DNA of 64,000 nt, taken from Prasinococcaceae sp. CCMP 1430. Lineage: Eukaryota; Plantae; Prasinodermophyta. The position numbers were made by a program, and so were the translations under genes. The notes below the pieces were generated by a model, which was not told the origin of the DNA, made no database searches, and saw only the letters and a list, made by a program, of their open reading frames with translations. Where the stretch lies: contig RQSC01000958.1 in the NCBI GenBank assembly GCA_013416795.1, positions 62,001 through 126,000 on the forward strand, written 5' to 3'. This document shows, in pieces, positions 9,656 through 21,279 of the stretch. The stretch's first letter is position 1. Each line of letters begins with the position of its first letter.

Positions 9656-12310
9656 TCAATTGAACGCCGACCCCGGTTCGGGCATCCCTAGCGCAGCGGC
9701 GGCGTCGCTCATGGCCGCCTGGAATTCCGAGCGTGCGTCGGCGGCCTGCGCGGCGGCGGTGCCGTCCGTGCCCATCGCCTCGATGCCCGTCGAATCCGCC
9801 TGCACGCGCACCTCCAGGCGCTCCTTCGAGCCGCAGCTGGCCACTACCATGCTCGTGTCGCCGCCGGCGGCGGAACCGCACTCGAATAGGATGACGTCGT
9901 CCTGCGCGCCGCCCATCCCCGAAAGGAGCGCCTCGGCCGCGACGTCCTCCACCAGGCGTTGCACCGCGCGGCGCAGCGGGCGCGCGCCGAACGACGGGCT
10001 GAAGCCCTCTGAGCAGATGCGCGCGCGCAGCGCCGGCCCCACCTCGAGCGTCGAGCCGCACGCCGCCTGCACGCGCTGTGCCACGCCCGCGAGCATGATG
10101 CTCGCAATGCTCTGGAGCTCGTCCTCCACCAGCGGGCGGAAGGTTATGATCTCATCCATGCGGTTCAGGAACTCGGGGCGGTAGCGCGAGAGGAGCTCTT
10201 CGCGCACCGCCGTGGCCGTGGCCGCGTACACCTCCTCCTCCGACGACGAACCGTCCGCCGCCGCGCGCACCGTCTCCAGGATGGCACCCGAGCCCACATT
10301 CGAGGTCATCACGATGACGGTGCTGGTGAAGTCCACAGTCCGTCCCTTGCTATCGGTCAAGCGTCCGTCCTCGAGCACCTGCAGCAGCACGTTGAAGACG
10401 TCCGCGTGCGCCTTCTCCATTTCGTCGAGGAGCACCACAGTGTAGGGCGTGCGCCTCACCGCGTCCGTGAGCTGCCCACCCTCTTCGTAGCCCACGTACC
10501 CCGGGGGTGGCCCGACCAGCCGAGACACCGCCTGTGCCTCCATGTACTCAGACATATCCAGCCGCACCATGTTGTCCTCCGAGCCGTAGTAGCACTCCGC
10601 GATGGCCTTCACCAGTTCGCTCTTGCCTACGCCGGTTGGGCCCGCGAAGAGCAGACTAGCGAGCGGCCGCTGCGACGACGAGAGACCCGAGCGCGCGCGC
10701 CTGATGGCGCGCGCCAGCGCCTTCACAGCCTGGTGTTGCCCCACCACGCGCTCGGCCATTTGCGCCTCGAGCGTGAGCAGTGCCGCCGCGTCCGACGTGC
10801 TGAGCTTGTTCACTGGCACTCCCGTCCACTGGGAGACCACCGACGCCACGTGGCGCTCCTCGACGCGCCGGCCCGCGCTGGCCGCGCTGTCGCCCGCCCG
10901 CTCCAGCTGATAGACCTCCATCTGCAGCATGGCGCCGGCCTCGTCCACAAGGTCGATCGCCTTGTCCGGCAGGAAGCGGTCGTTGATGTAGCGCACCGAA
11001 TACTGCACGGCGGCGACGATCGCCTCATCGGTGTACGCCACCTCGTGGTGGGAGGCGTACTTGGCGACGATGCCTCGCAGGATGTCCTCGGTGTCCGCCT
11101 TCGACGGCTCGTCGATCGAAACCGGCTGGAAGCGGCGCTCCAGTGCGGGGTCCTTCTCGATGTACCGACGGTACTCGTCCACGGTGGTGGCACCGATGCA
11201 CTGCAGCTCGCCGCGCGCCAGCGCAGGCTTGAGCAGGTTCGCGGCATCCATGCTGCCCTCGTCGCCCGCCGCACCGGCGCCCACCAGCATGTGAATCTCG
11301 TCGATGAAGAGAATGATATCGCCCGCCTCCTTCACTTCCTCGAGCAGGTTCTTGAGGCGCGCCTCGAACTCTCCGCGGTACTTCGTGTCGGCCAGCAGCA
11401 GCCCGAGCTGCAGTGAAATCACCTTCTTGTCCAGCAGCCGCTTGGGCACGTCGGCGTCCACGATGCGCAGCGCGATCGCCTCCGCCACGGCCGTCTTGCC
11501 GACGCCCGGATCGCCGGTGAGGCAAGGGTTGGACTTGCGTCGCCTCACGAGCACGCGCATCATGCGCTCGACCTCTTCGTCGCGCCCGATGACGGGGTCG
11601 AGGCGCCCCTCGCGCGCCTCCTTGGTGAGGTCCACGCCGCACTCCTCGAGCACGGACTTGACCCTCGGCCGGCGCAGCTTGCCGGCGCCCACCGGCTGCT
11701 TCTCATCCTCCTCCTTGTCTAGGAGGACGTCCACGTACTGCATGTCCACCTCCATCTGCACCAGCATCTTGTGCGCGCCGCCGCTCTCGAAGCGCAGCGC
11801 CGCGCGCACCACCTCCTTGGTCGTCACGCTCGCGCCCAGCTCGCCAGCGTCCGCCAGCACCTCCAGCGTCTCTTGTGCGAGCGGCAGCTCAGCGGGCGCG
11901 CCACTGGCGCCGGCCTTGGCGAGGCCGCTGTTGAACATCTTTTCAAGGCGCTTGAGGTCGCTCGGCGACGTCTTTGCGCTGTCCTCGAGGGCCTTCTTGA
12001 CGGCCTCCTCGGTCGCGCCCGCCGTCGCCAGCGCGCGGCCGCCGACGCTCTTCTTCTGCGCGCACACGCCCGCCAGCACGTGCTCTGTGCGCACCTCCGA
12101 GCACCCGTACAGCTGCGCGACGGCCATGGCCTCGCCCACGGCGCGCACCGCCTCCGCGTCGAAGCGCGCGAAAGGCACCTCGCGCCCCGACCCGCCTGCG
12201 CCCGCCATCGCCCGTACGGATAACTCTCTCTCCGACTGTGGGCTGCGTCGCGCGCACGCCCGCGACATTCCAACCATCAAAATGAAAGGACGCGTCCTAA
12301 CCCTAAACAT
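9656..12310 (-). CDS. Class 1 Clp/Hsp100 AAA+ chaperone (ClpC/D-like N-domain, probably plastid-targeted)
   Basis: Clp-N repeat (TEHVLAGV). AAA1: [25 protein letters not shown]2: [37 protein letters not shown]. Confidence 0.96.
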   Translation of the reverse strand: MFRVRTRPFILMVGMSRACARRSPQSERELSVRAMAGAGGSGREVPFARFDAEAVRAVGEAMAVAQLYGCSEVRTEHVLAGVCAQKKSVGGRALATAGATEEAVKKALEDSAKTSPSDLKRLEKMFNSGLAKAGASGAPAELPLAQETLEVLADAGELGASVTTKEVVRAALRFESGGAHKMLVQMEVDMQYVDVLLDKEEDEKQPVGAGKLRRPRVKSVLEECGVDLTKEAREGRLDPVIGRDEEVERMMRVLVRRRKSNPCLTGDPGVGKTAVAEAIALRIVDADVPKRLLDKKVISLQLGLLLADTKYRGEFEARLKNLLEEVKEAGDIILFIDEIHMLVGAGAAGDEGSMDAANLLKPALARGELQCIGATTVDEYRRYIEKDPALERRFQPVSIDEPSKADTEDILRGIVAKYASHHEVAYTDEAIVAAVQYSVRYINDRFLPDKAIDLVDEAGAMLQMEVYQLERAGDSAASAGRRVEERHVASVVSQWTGVPVNKLSTSDAAALLTLEAQMAERVVGQHQAVKALARAIRRARSGLSSSQRPLASLLFAGPTGVGKSELVKAIAECYYGSEDNMVRLDMSEYMEAQAVSRLVGPPPGYVGYEEGGQLTDAVRRTPYTVVLLDEMEKAHADVFNVLLQVLEDGRLTDSKGRTVDFTSTVIVMTSNVGSGAILETVRAAADGSSSEEEVYAATATAVREELLSRYRPEFLNRMDEIITFRPLVEDELQSIASIMLAGVAQRVQAACGSTLEVGPALRARICSEGFSPSFGARPLRRAVQRLVEDVAAEALLSGMGGAQDDVILFECGSAAGGDTSMVVASCGSKERLEVRVQADSTGIEAMGTDGTAAAQAADARSEFQAAMSDAAAALGMPEPGSAFN

Positions 12311-13277
12311 TGCGGCCCGCTTCGATGTAACACCCTGCTTCGCCCCGGGGAAAAGGAAAGTCGCAGCCTGCGAAAAGGGTTTGCGAATTCAAACCTGCAT
12401 TGCAATGCATTGCATTGCAACGCACGTTTGAAATGTGCCACCGTGAGGAGGTGCCGCGAGGGTGTTCGTGGGCGCGCACCGGCGAGGCGGCGTGCCGGCC
12501 AGAGAGCGCGCCCGCGACGCACCCCTCCTCCCCCAGCTCCGCCCTCGCCCTCTCGGGTGGGGCGCACCCTCGATGGCCGCGGCGGCGCGCGCGCGCGACC
12601 CCCGCGGGCGCCCCGCACCGCGCCGCCATCCCGACGACCGCCAAACCCCACGGCGGCGGGACCGCTACCGCCGCCGCCACCACCACCACCACCTCCACCA
12701 ACGACGACGACCACCACCACCACGACACCCCCTTCCCTCCCTCCCCCTCCCTCCCCCCCACCGCGCGCCGTGTGGCGCACCCTCTGCTCTCCCCCGCCGC
12801 CGCGCGCGCCACGCACACGCCCGCCAATTCGCGCGCGAATCGCGCGAATCCGCAAACGCTCCCGCCTCGAACGCCAGCCGAAACGCAACGCGAAAGGGGG
12901 GGCGCCGCGCCCCGAATTCGCGGAAAGGCGCCGCCGTAAGGAGCGCCATGCGAACCTTACACTGTACATCGATCGATCGAAGTGAAGGCGCTCGAGCGCC
13001 ATCATCGCGTGGGTGCGTGCAATTAAAAAAAAAAAAAGGTTGTAAAAAACACGTGTGTGCGCGCGCGGGATCGAAAGGACGCACTGTGCTGTAAAAAACG
13101 GGAGAATCAGCCGACCCCGCCCCCCACCCCCCACCCCGACCCCCGGCGCGGATCCGCGAGCGCGCGCGCGCCGAGCGGCGCCGCNNNNNNNNNNNNNNNN
13201 NNNNNNNNNNNNNNNNNNNNNNNNNNNNNNNNNNNNNNNNNNNNNNNNNNNNNNNNNNNNNNNNNNNNNNNNNNNNN

Positions 13278-14361
13278 CGGCGGCGGAGGGCGGGCACGGC
13301 CGCAACGAGCGCCTCCGGGGCGCGGCTCGCGCGCAGGGACGAGGGCGAGGGCGCGGCGGCCGTGCGACTGTGGCGCCCGGCGGCGGATGTGTCGCCGATG
13401 TTTGTGCACAGGGAGGTCTTCGTGGTGAGGCCGGCCGCTCGCGCTCGGCGGGCGCGCTTGGGCTTGCGCAGCGCCCGCGCCTCGCACCGTCGCAGAGAGG
13501 AGCCGCTGACGTGCCGCGCGCCCCGCCCGCTGCGCCGACCAGGATGAGTGCTACCTGCAACACGGGGTGACGCTGCGCGAGGGCGACATCGTGGTTGATG
13601 TGGGCGCAAATGTGGGGCTCTTCGCGCTGTTCGCCTCGCGGCGTGTGGGCGCGCGTGGCGCGGTCCTGGCGTTCGAGCCCGCGCCAGACACCTTCGAGTG
13701 CCTCGAGCGCAACATCGCGGAGGAGTGCGCGGCACGCCCTAATGGCGCGGCTGGTGCCGGGAGGGTGTACGCACAGAGGCTCGCAGTGTCTGACCAGCGC
13801 CGAAGCTTGGCCTCCGTGACCGTGTATCCGCAAGCCACGGGCTGGAGCACGCTCGAGCCCGCGCCAGCGTCTGTGGCCGCGGACGTTGCCGCCTTCGCGA
13901 AAAGCGGCGGCGATGTGGCGGGCGAGTTCGTTCCAGGTGGCGCGGGCGCATTCCTGCGCCGCGCGCTGCCAGCCGGCGCCATCGAGGCCGTCGGGAGCGT
14001 CGCCGCCCGCGTGCTGATGCGGGGCGCATACTCTACGCCATGTACGGTGTGCTCGCTCCCAGAGGCGCTCGCGTGCGACGGCTCGCCTCTGGCGGGCAAG
14101 GGCAATAGGGGAAAGCCCATCGCGCTCCTCAAGGTGGACGTCGAGCGCCACGAGATGGACGTGCTGCGTGGCATCGACGCGCGCACGTGGCGGCGCATAC
14201 GCCAGGTGGCAATGGAGGTGCACGACACCTCCGGCAGCGAGCGTGACCGCGTGGCTGCCGCCGAGGCGCTCCTGCGAAAGCGCGGTTTCAGGCGCGTGAC
14301 CGTCACGCAGCCGCCTGAGCTCTCGGGGAGCGATCTGTACAACATCTTCGCTGTGCGCTGA
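13278..14361 (+). CDS. FkbM-family SAM-dependent methyltransferase; intron 13425-13542; 5' end lost in N gap
   Basis: FVHREVFV|DECYLQHGVTLREGDIVVDVGANVGLF, AFEP and LLKVDVERHEMDVLRGI. Canonical GTGAG...CAG intron. Confidence 0.92.
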
Positions 14362-14436
14362 CCGATGAGCACGCCACGCGACGCAGAGTGTCTAATATGT
14401 ACAGTATTGTTTCAATGGTGGCACACTGCACAGACG

Positions 14437-16305
14437 TCACCGCGGCGCGCTACAGAGCCCGAAGTGCATCTCGCAGACGTTCGAGCGCGACTGAGCCTGC
14501 GCGCCACGCATGCTGCACACCGACATCGCGAACGAGCTCGCGAGGTTCCCGACGAAGTAGTCAGCGCGAGCGACGGCGTACATGTCTTGGATGACGTACT
14601 GCAGCTCAATCAGATAGTCGCGCCAGCTGCCTCTGGCCTCGGCGAAGCTGCGAGGGGCTTGATGTGCCGTCAACGGACACTCATGGAACGGCAACTCCCT
14701 CCCATCGGGCTTGGTGCAACTATACCACTGCCCCCACCTCGCAGGGAGGAAGGCGTCTCGAGGTGGGCCGCGCCGGTCCTCGTCTTTAAACCATCTGTCA
14801 ATGACATCGGCGTACAAGCCGACCTCGGGCGCGCTCGCAGCCTCCTCGGACGCTTTCCCTTCGAGAATCGTCTTCGAGAGCAGCGGCCGCGCCCACATGG
14901 CGCCTCCGCCCCCGCCACGATCGCCCGTGCTCCGCGGGCGCCTCGTTCCATTAGCAAAGAAGAAACGCTGCGACCATTCATCGTAGTCCTCTGCGTACGC
15001 GCCCGGCTTCACCCCGAAAGTGACGGCGCCGGCTCGCTCAGCCTGCGCATCGAGCAGCCTGTCGTAGCGGTCAGTGGCACGGACCCACGGTCTCGCGGGG
15101 CTCACCTCCAGGCTATCCTTCTGAAGGCCGTTGGCCTCAGCAATCGCACGCAAGCATTCGTTTGCGATCTGCGGCGTGAGCCGACATGCCTTCCTCAGCT
15201 GCTCCATCCCATTGTCGAAGCCGCCGCGCGCCTGCAAGTAGCTACGAAGAGGCCCGCCGCGGTGCAGGACGATGTTCCCGCACAGCTCTAGGCCGATCGC
15301 TCGGCGCTGCTCAGGGTCACGCTCAGCCCCTTCCATAAAAACACGCGAGTGCACGCCGACACTCGGCGTCGCGACGTGCCTCAAGCGGTAGAAGGCGTCA
15401 ACCTGCTCGCGCATGCGCGGCGACGGGCGCAGGGCCTTGAAGAATGCGTCGAACGTCTGCGGGTGCTCGCCGAATTGCTCGTCTACGTTGTCGCACGTCA
15501 TCGCGGTCTCGCCCGTCATCAGAAAGATTGTGCTGCAGCCCGTTCTGTCGGCATCGATCGATTGAGCCGTGATTGGTCTGCCGTGTCTCTTCTCGCCCAC
15601 CTTTACGAACTTGTCGGTGTATATCAGGCAGGCGTTGCGGACCCCAGGGAGCAAAGGGTGCACCGTTGGCCCTGTCTCCGAGAAGTTGTTGCGCGGGCCA
15701 TTCCTGTCACGCATGATGAGTGTGAGCAAGCGCCCCATCATGGGCCTGTCCGCTCGGCGTAGTTCGTGTCCAATCGGCAATTCGTGCTCCATGACGTATT
15801 TGAAGCCGGCGGCATCGAGGGCGCGAGCGTCCCACAGGCCCGCAGACACGTCGCCATGGACAGACACAAGGCCGTCCATCTGGTGCATGTGCGTGGGGCT
15901 TGCAACGACCAGCGTGCGCCCCATCGCCTTCGCCAGGCGCATGGCGACGTCCAATGACGCAAGCTGATTATTCAGCCGCCCGCTGTTGCGCTGGACTACG
16001 ATGTAGGGGCCGGTGGGCGTTGGTTCTGGCTTCGGGTCTGCAGGCCCCGTGTCTCCGCCACCTCCGCGGGCCCACGCACTGCCAGCATCGACGCCCGCTA
16101 ACAACGACACTGAGTTAGTATGCACGGTGTGAGTTGCCACCGACCCCGCGGAGGAGCTGTTACCTACGCCCCATCCGTCGTCGCGCGCGCCGGTGAGGAG
16201 CGTGTACACCGCGACAGCCGCGGTGAGCAAAGCAGCAGCGGCGGCGGCGACAGCGGCGAGCGCCAGCACCGCGCCCAGCCCCCGCGGTCCGCGCCGCCGC
16301 GCCAT
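14437..16305 (-). CDS. GDP-fucose protein O-fucosyltransferase family (PF10250-like), type II membrane protein
   Basis: N-terminal TM anchor; GRLNNQLASL..A..LAKAMGRTLVV; VGVHSR; ATD; ADYFVGNLASSFAMSV. Confidence 0.85.
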   Translation of the reverse strand: MARRRGPRGLGAVLALAAVAAAAAALLTAAVAVYTLLTGARDDGWGVGNSSSAGSVATHTVHTNSVSLLAGVDAGSAWARGGGGDTGPADPKPEPTPTGPYIVVQRNSGRLNNQLASLDVAMRLAKAMGRTLVVASPTHMHQMDGLVSVHGDVSAGLWDARALDAAGFKYVMEHELPIGHELRRADRPMMGRLLTLIMRDRNGPRNNFSETGPTVHPLLPGVRNACLIYTDKFVKVGEKRHGRPITAQSIDADRTGCSTIFLMTGETAMTCDNVDEQFGEHPQTFDAFFKALRPSPRMREQVDAFYRLRHVATPSVGVHSRVFMEGAERDPEQRRAIGLELCGNIVLHRGGPLRSYLQARGGFDNGMEQLRKACRLTPQIANECLRAIAEANGLQKDSLEVSPARPWVRATDRYDRLLDAQAERAGAVTFGVKPGAYAEDYDEWSQRFFFANGTRRPRSTGDRGGGGGAMWARPLLSKTILEGKASEEAASAPEVGLYADVIDRWFKDEDRRGPPRDAFLPARWGQWYSCTKPDGRELPFHECPLTAHQAPRSFAEARGSWRDYLIELQYVIQDMYAVARADYFVGNLASSFAMSVCSMRGAQAQSRSNVCEMHFGLCSAPR

Positions 16306-17003
16306 CCGACCGACCTCCGCGCCCCCGACTGCAAGGACGCAGAGTGGCGCGGCGCCGCCGGCCACTGCCAAAAATCGCGCTCGATCCGCGCCCGCGGGGG
16401 TGGTGTGTGTGGGGGTGGGTGGGGAGGGATGACGGAGGCGCGCTCGCTCGCGCGCGCTGTGGCGTGCGCTGCCAACACCCGCGCGCGCGCCCCCCCTCGA
16501 ATCGCGGGCGCGCACCACCCCCCGCCGCCACGCGGCGCAAACCAGGATGATTTGCCGCATGAATTCGGGGGCTGGGCGCTCTGGGATTCAAACCATGGAG
16601 CCACGCGACCGACGAAATGATCCCATCCCTGTACCGGCCGGAGTCCCCCACGCCACATCCGCACCTGCTCGGCCGTGAGGCTTTTTTTTTTTTTTTTTCC
16701 CCATCCGTTCCAGCCAGCGGGGATGCTCGCGTTCGTGCCGGGGGTGTTGTTGCCGTTCCTAGCTAGGGCGCCGCTGCTCGCCACAGCGGGCCCGGCGCGC
16801 GGCCGCGGTGGCCGGCCGGCCGGCCGGCCCACCTGCCCATCCGCCCACAGCGGCGCCCTCCGCGTGGCCTTGCCCCTCCCTCTTCCCGTTTGCCCCTCCC
16901 TCCGTGTGCGCTGCGAGCGAGCGCGCAAGCGAGCGAGCGAGCGAGCGCCCCTGAGCAGCGAAAAGACGGGAGGGGGCGGAAGGGGCGGGCGGGGACTCGG
17001 GCA

Positions 17004-19358
17004 ATGGATGAGAAGGCGCAGCGCGTGAAGGACCTGCTCGCGTCGTATTATGGCGCCGACGATGAGGCCACGGGCGACAGCGATGCGACTGCCGATGCGA
17101 CCGGTCGCACTGGGACCGGCGGCGGCGCGTCCGCGGCTGAAGCGAATAGTGGCAAGGGATCGTCCCCGCGGTTGGCGGCGCGCAGCCCAGCGCCGTCAGC
17201 GGGGCTTGACAGTGCAGCGTTCGACGACGAGCGCTACCTGAGCAGCCTGCTGCAGAAAACGCGCCTCGATGGCCTACTCTCGAAGCACTCCGAGATGGTG
17301 AGCGAGATCCAGACATTGGACGGCGACATGCAGATGTTGGTGTACGACAACTACGAGCGCTTCATCGCGGCGACGGACACAATCAAGCGCATGCGCTCGA
17401 ATGTAGAGGGCATGGAGGGCCAGATGGACAAGCTTCTGGAGGGGATGGAGCGCGTCGCTGATGTTAGTGGCGAGGTGAACGACAGGCTGTCGGTGCACAG
17501 AGAGGAGGTGGAACGCCTGCACGGCGTGGGTGGGCTGCTGCGGAAGATCCGCGTCGTGCAGGAGCTGCCAGGGCGGCTGCGAAAGTGCCTGGCACACGAC
17601 GCCCTAGCCATTGCCGCGCGGTGGTATCTTGACGCCAAGCCCGTGCTGGAGAGGTATGGCTCGACGTCGTTCGCGCGCGTGGCCAAGGACACTGAGCAGG
17701 TAGTCGCTGAGGTGCGAGCAAAGATGCAGGATCAGCTCGCGGCTGATACGCTCGACGCCGGCGACGCGGCTGAGTACATGGAGCTGCTGCAGGCGATGGG
17801 ACAGCCAGTGCAGGCGCTCCGCAGTGAGTACGTGTCTTCACGCGAGTCCAAGCTGCGTGCCTGCCTCGATCGGGCGAGCCAACGAAAACGTGATATGCTC
17901 CTGGCGCGTGCAGCAGGCGGCGGCGGCGAGGGGACCGCCGAGGCCGATGCTGGCAGCTTGCAAGCGTTTGTCGCGGCCACCAACACTGATTTGCTTTCTG
18001 AGCTCGCCGGGACAGCGTCATCCTTCCGCTCGCTCTTTCCGGATGACGCAGAGCAGCTGGTTGCTGCCGTGCAGGCGCCGGCGGACGAGTACTTGGCGCT
18101 CGTCCGCTCGGTGCTTCCGCCAACACCCGGCGCTCCGAGCTGGTCTGCAGACCAGCTCGTCGCAGCGTTGGGTACGCTCGCGACCGACATGGGACGCGTG
18201 GGTGCCATTGCTCCGGGCGCAAGGCTGCACGAGCGCGCCCTAGAGCTGGCACACGCGGCAATAGAGGGGGCGGCGGGCGCGGTGGGCGCCGAGGCCGTGG
18301 CGTCTGTGGCTAGGGCAATGACGGCCGCTAAGGAGGACCTCGCCGGCGTGCTGGCGAGCGGGGACGTCGAGGCCGCTGCGAAAGCCATCTGCTCTGCTCG
18401 CGACGAGCTGCGTGCCGCTGTCATGGCAAGCGCCGAGGAAGCGATCGCTGGGATGGCGGACCTCAGCCGCTCTGCGAGCGCCGCGCGTGAACTAACGGGC
18501 GGAGTCCTCCCGACGCTGCACGCTGCGATGCAGCGAGAGATGTCGGCGCTCGTTCTCGGCGTACTCGACAGGCTGGCGGGCGTGGGCGCAAAGGACGAGG
18601 AAAGCACCCCCGTACCCGCGATTCGTTTGCTCGGCTGGGCAGTGCTTGGCGTCCTGGAGGATGAGGTGGTGCCGAAGCTCATGGATGCGATCTCGGAGCA
18701 CGCGGCGGAGCCAGACCTCACAGCTGGCCGCCGGCCGCCGTTTGTTGCTGGTGAGTTGATCCGCGGCGTGGGCGCTGCGAAGAGCCTGGCGCTCCGCACC
18801 TACGCCGAGAGCCGAGGACGCGTGCTTAGCAGCATGGTACGCAAGAGCATTGCCACCCCGGACTGGTTCAACATGAAGGAGCCACGCGCGCCTCGCCTGT
18901 ACGTCGAAATGATGACGAAAGAGCTTGATGAGCTCGCGCGGGAATCAACGGCGCTGCTGCCACCTGGCGACGCCGGTCGCTCTGTCGCCGGACAGGTGCC
19001 CTCGCAGGGCGAGACGAGCATGGTGGACAGATTCTTCCGAGAGAAAGTCAAGGTGTTCGCCGATGTGGAGCCCACATGCGCAAGCGTGCAGGCCGCGGTG
19101 ATCGGCATTGCGCTGCGTTCGCTGCGCGAGTGCGTGCGCGAGGTCACACTTGGTGGTGCGGGCTACCGCCAGATGCAAGTGGACATCGCGGCGCTGCGCG
19201 CCTCGCTCGCGACCCGCACTCAAGGCGATGCCGCGCTGGCCTTCGCGCTGGACGAGGCCCTGAAAGCCGCGGAAGAGCGCGCGACCGACAACGCTGGCCT
19301 CGACGACGACGTCATCGCCGGCATCCTTGAGAGCGCCGCGGGGGGAAGGAGCGCCTAG
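17004..19358 (+). CDS. VPS51: Vacuolar protein sorting 51 (GARP complex subunit)
   Basis: LLASYYG; LDSAAFD..YL..LL; EIQTLDGDMQMLVYDNYERFIAATDTIKRM; C-terminal GYRQMQVD. Confidence 0.95.
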   Translation: MDEKAQRVKDLLASYYGADDEATGDSDATADATGRTGTGGGASAAEANSGKGSSPRLAARSPAPSAGLDSAAFDDERYLSSLLQKTRLDGLLSKHSEMVSEIQTLDGDMQMLVYDNYERFIAATDTIKRMRSNVEGMEGQMDKLLEGMERVADVSGEVNDRLSVHREEVERLHGVGGLLRKIRVVQELPGRLRKCLAHDALAIAARWYLDAKPVLERYGSTSFARVAKDTEQVVAEVRAKMQDQLAADTLDAGDAAEYMELLQAMGQPVQALRSEYVSSRESKLRACLDRASQRKRDMLLARAAGGGGEGTAEADAGSLQAFVAATNTDLLSELAGTASSFRSLFPDDAEQLVAAVQAPADEYLALVRSVLPPTPGAPSWSADQLVAALGTLATDMGRVGAIAPGARLHERALELAHAAIEGAAGAVGAEAVASVARAMTAAKEDLAGVLASGDVEAAAKAICSARDELRAAVMASAEEAIAGMADLSRSASAARELTGGVLPTLHAAMQREMSALVLGVLDRLAGVGAKDEESTPVPAIRLLGWAVLGVLEDEVVPKLMDAISEHAAEPDLTAGRRPPFVAGELIRGVGAAKSLALRTYAESRGRVLSSMVRKSIATPDWFNMKEPRAPRLYVEMMTKELDELARESTALLPPGDAGRSVAGQVPSQGETSMVDRFFREKVKVFADVEPTCASVQAAVIGIALRSLRECVREVTLGGAGYRQMQVDIAALRASLATRTQGDAALAFALDEALKAAEERATDNAGLDDDVIAGILESAAGGRSA

Positions 19359-19403
19359 TATGCCCGCTACTCTAAAATATTAAATGGTGCTGGGCCTCGC
19401 GGC

Positions 19404-20252
19404 TCAGGTCCACTTGTACTCGCTATCGGAGACGTCCACGCCCAGCTCCAGCTGCTCGATCTGGTTGAATCCCAGGTAGAGGATAGTGTGCTTCTTGGTT
19501 ATCGGGTCGTACCCGTTCACCTCGCAATTGTACCACTGGCCCTCGTACTTGATGTCCAACTTGCGCCCCACGTGCATCGCCGGGTTATCAGCGATCTGGA
19601 GAGACTTGTTGCGCTGCACCATCATGGGGTAGCTAGGGTCGAAGCCAGCGGGGTCTACCAACGAGTCTTGGCGCTGCGCTTTGGGCGTGCGCCCTCCGCC
19701 GGTGGCGCGCGCTCGCTTGGAGTTCTTCTTCTCCGCGTCTGTCGGTCCGCGCGAGCTGCCGCCGCGGCTGCGCTTCTCGTTGGCGGTCGCCCTTTCCGCG
19801 GCTGCGGCTGCAGCAGCCGCGGCTGCGGCAGCCGCCGCGGCAGCGGCCTGCTGCTTCTTGGCGTCCATGCTCAGCGAATCGGGCACGCGCTGGTCCTCTG
19901 TCTCCTCGAGCTCATGCTCGTACACTCGCATCTCCTCCGTGAGGCGTTGCAGCGTTTTCCCGACCATGGTGGTCGCCTGGAACGTCAGCCCGACCTTCTC
20001 AGCGGCGAGACCCAGCGCCATCTTCTGCTTGTCCGCCACCTCCACGCGCAGGCGCTCCGCCTCCTTTCCCTTGGCGCTCACGCACTGTTCCACGAGCGCG
20101 TCGTGCTCACGCATGATGGTCTCCGCCCGCTCGTCCAGGTTGCGCACTGTGGTGAGCACGCGCGTGAGCTCCGCGGGCGCGGCCTCGAAGCCTGCGAGGA
20201 AGTCATCGATGTACGTCGTCGCCTCCTGCAAAATGTTTTGGTGGAACGCCAT
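19404..20252 (-). CDS. ING-family N-terminal coiled-coil protein with a C-terminal Tudor-like domain
   Basis: YIDDFLAGFEAAPAELTRVLTTVRNLD is an ING-N signature. C-terminus VGRKLDIKYEGQWYNCEVNGYDPITKKHTILY is a Tudor pattern. No PHD cysteines. Confidence 0.75.
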   Translation of the reverse strand: MAFHQNILQEATTYIDDFLAGFEAAPAELTRVLTTVRNLDERAETIMREHDALVEQCVSAKGKEAERLRVEVADKQKMALGLAAEKVGLTFQATTMVGKTLQRLTEEMRVYEHELEETEDQRVPDSLSMDAKKQQAAAAAAAAAAAAAAAAAERATANEKRSRGGSSRGPTDAEKKNSKRARATGGGRTPKAQRQDSLVDPAGFDPSYPMMVQRNKSLQIADNPAMHVGRKLDIKYEGQWYNCEVNGYDPITKKHTILYLGFNQIEQLELGVDVSDSEYKWT

Positions 20253-20589
20253 CGCGGCGGCGATCAGGCCCCCGCCCGCGCGGAGGGGGCCGCCCGCCGC
20301 CCTTTGCCGCGCTCACCCCCTCCCCCCCAGGCGCGCCCTCTGCCACCCTCCGCCCCGCCGCCCACACCCTAACCCGCAGCCCGCGAGCGCCCCCCCCGAA
20401 AAAAACGCGTGCGGTTTGATGGTCGCGGGTGCGGTTTGATGGTCGCGGGCGCGGCGGCGTGATGGGCCGAGCGCTGCCGCGTTTCAAATCCGAACAGACA
20501 GGCTCGTCAACGCGCGCCTTCGGCCGCGGCGATCGCGCGCGCGCGCGCTCGGCTCGCTTGTGCACTCGGGCGTGTGCGGCGTGTGCGTG

Positions 20590-20590
20590 C

Positions 20591-20621
<31 letters not shown>

Positions 20622-20644
20622 CGTCGTGTGCGTCGTGTGTGCGT

Positions 20645-20725
<81 letters not shown>

Positions 20726-20982
20726 NAGGCCTTGAGGTCATCGTTCTGCGCACGCAAGGCTGAGATCTCCTTCCGCGCGTCCTCGAGCTCGGCGAGGAGG
20801 CTCCGCCAGCGCTCCGCCTCGGCCGCGGCGTCCACGACGAGGCCGTCCATGCCCATCTCGTGCGCGCGCTGCCACCAGTGGCCGAGGTACGCGGCAGCGG
20901 CGCGCGCGTCCGCCAGCTGCTCGGCGGAGAGCGACGGCGCGAGCGTCGCGCCGCGCTGCACGTCGAACAAAACGCGCACGCG

Positions 20983-21017
<35 letters not shown>
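20590..21017. repeat. (GT)n/(CA)n microsatellite blocks (about 20590-20725 and 20990-21017), intronic
   Basis: Directly visible; a single-N join at 20726. Confidence 0.95.
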
Positions 21018-21020
<3 letters not shown>

Positions 21021-21276
21021 TACACGCACGTTGCCTCGCGTATGCTGGCGATGGGCATTCGCAGAGACACACACGCGCGCACGCACACAGACACACGTTA
21101 CGCACCTTGCCCGCGTCGCCGAGCGCGCGCGCGCGCGCGTCCGCGCCGGCGGCCATGGCGGCGTCCACGCCGCAGCCCTCGGCGGCCCCCACCGCCGCGT
21201 GCAGGCTCGCGGCCGCCGCGAGCTCTCGCACCGCCCCTGCGCGCACCACCGCGTACGCGCCCCGCGGCAGGCCTTC
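20727..21276 (-). CDS. Partial coiled-coil protein, SCD2-like C-terminal region (two exons, truncated at both ends)
   Basis: LSAEQLADARAAAAYLGHWWQRAHEMGMD resembles the plant SCD2 motif LS.EE.ED..FK.AWL.YFWRRA...G. Donor AAG|GTGCGT at about 21106. Confidence 0.5.
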
Positions 21277-21279
21277 NTC

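Noticed and set aside
12940-13003. Palindromes GGCGCTCGAGCGCC and ATCGATCGAT between 9-bp GAGCGCCAT direct repeats
   Set aside because: No TIRs and no snoRNA boxes; such repeats are plausible by chance at this GC content.
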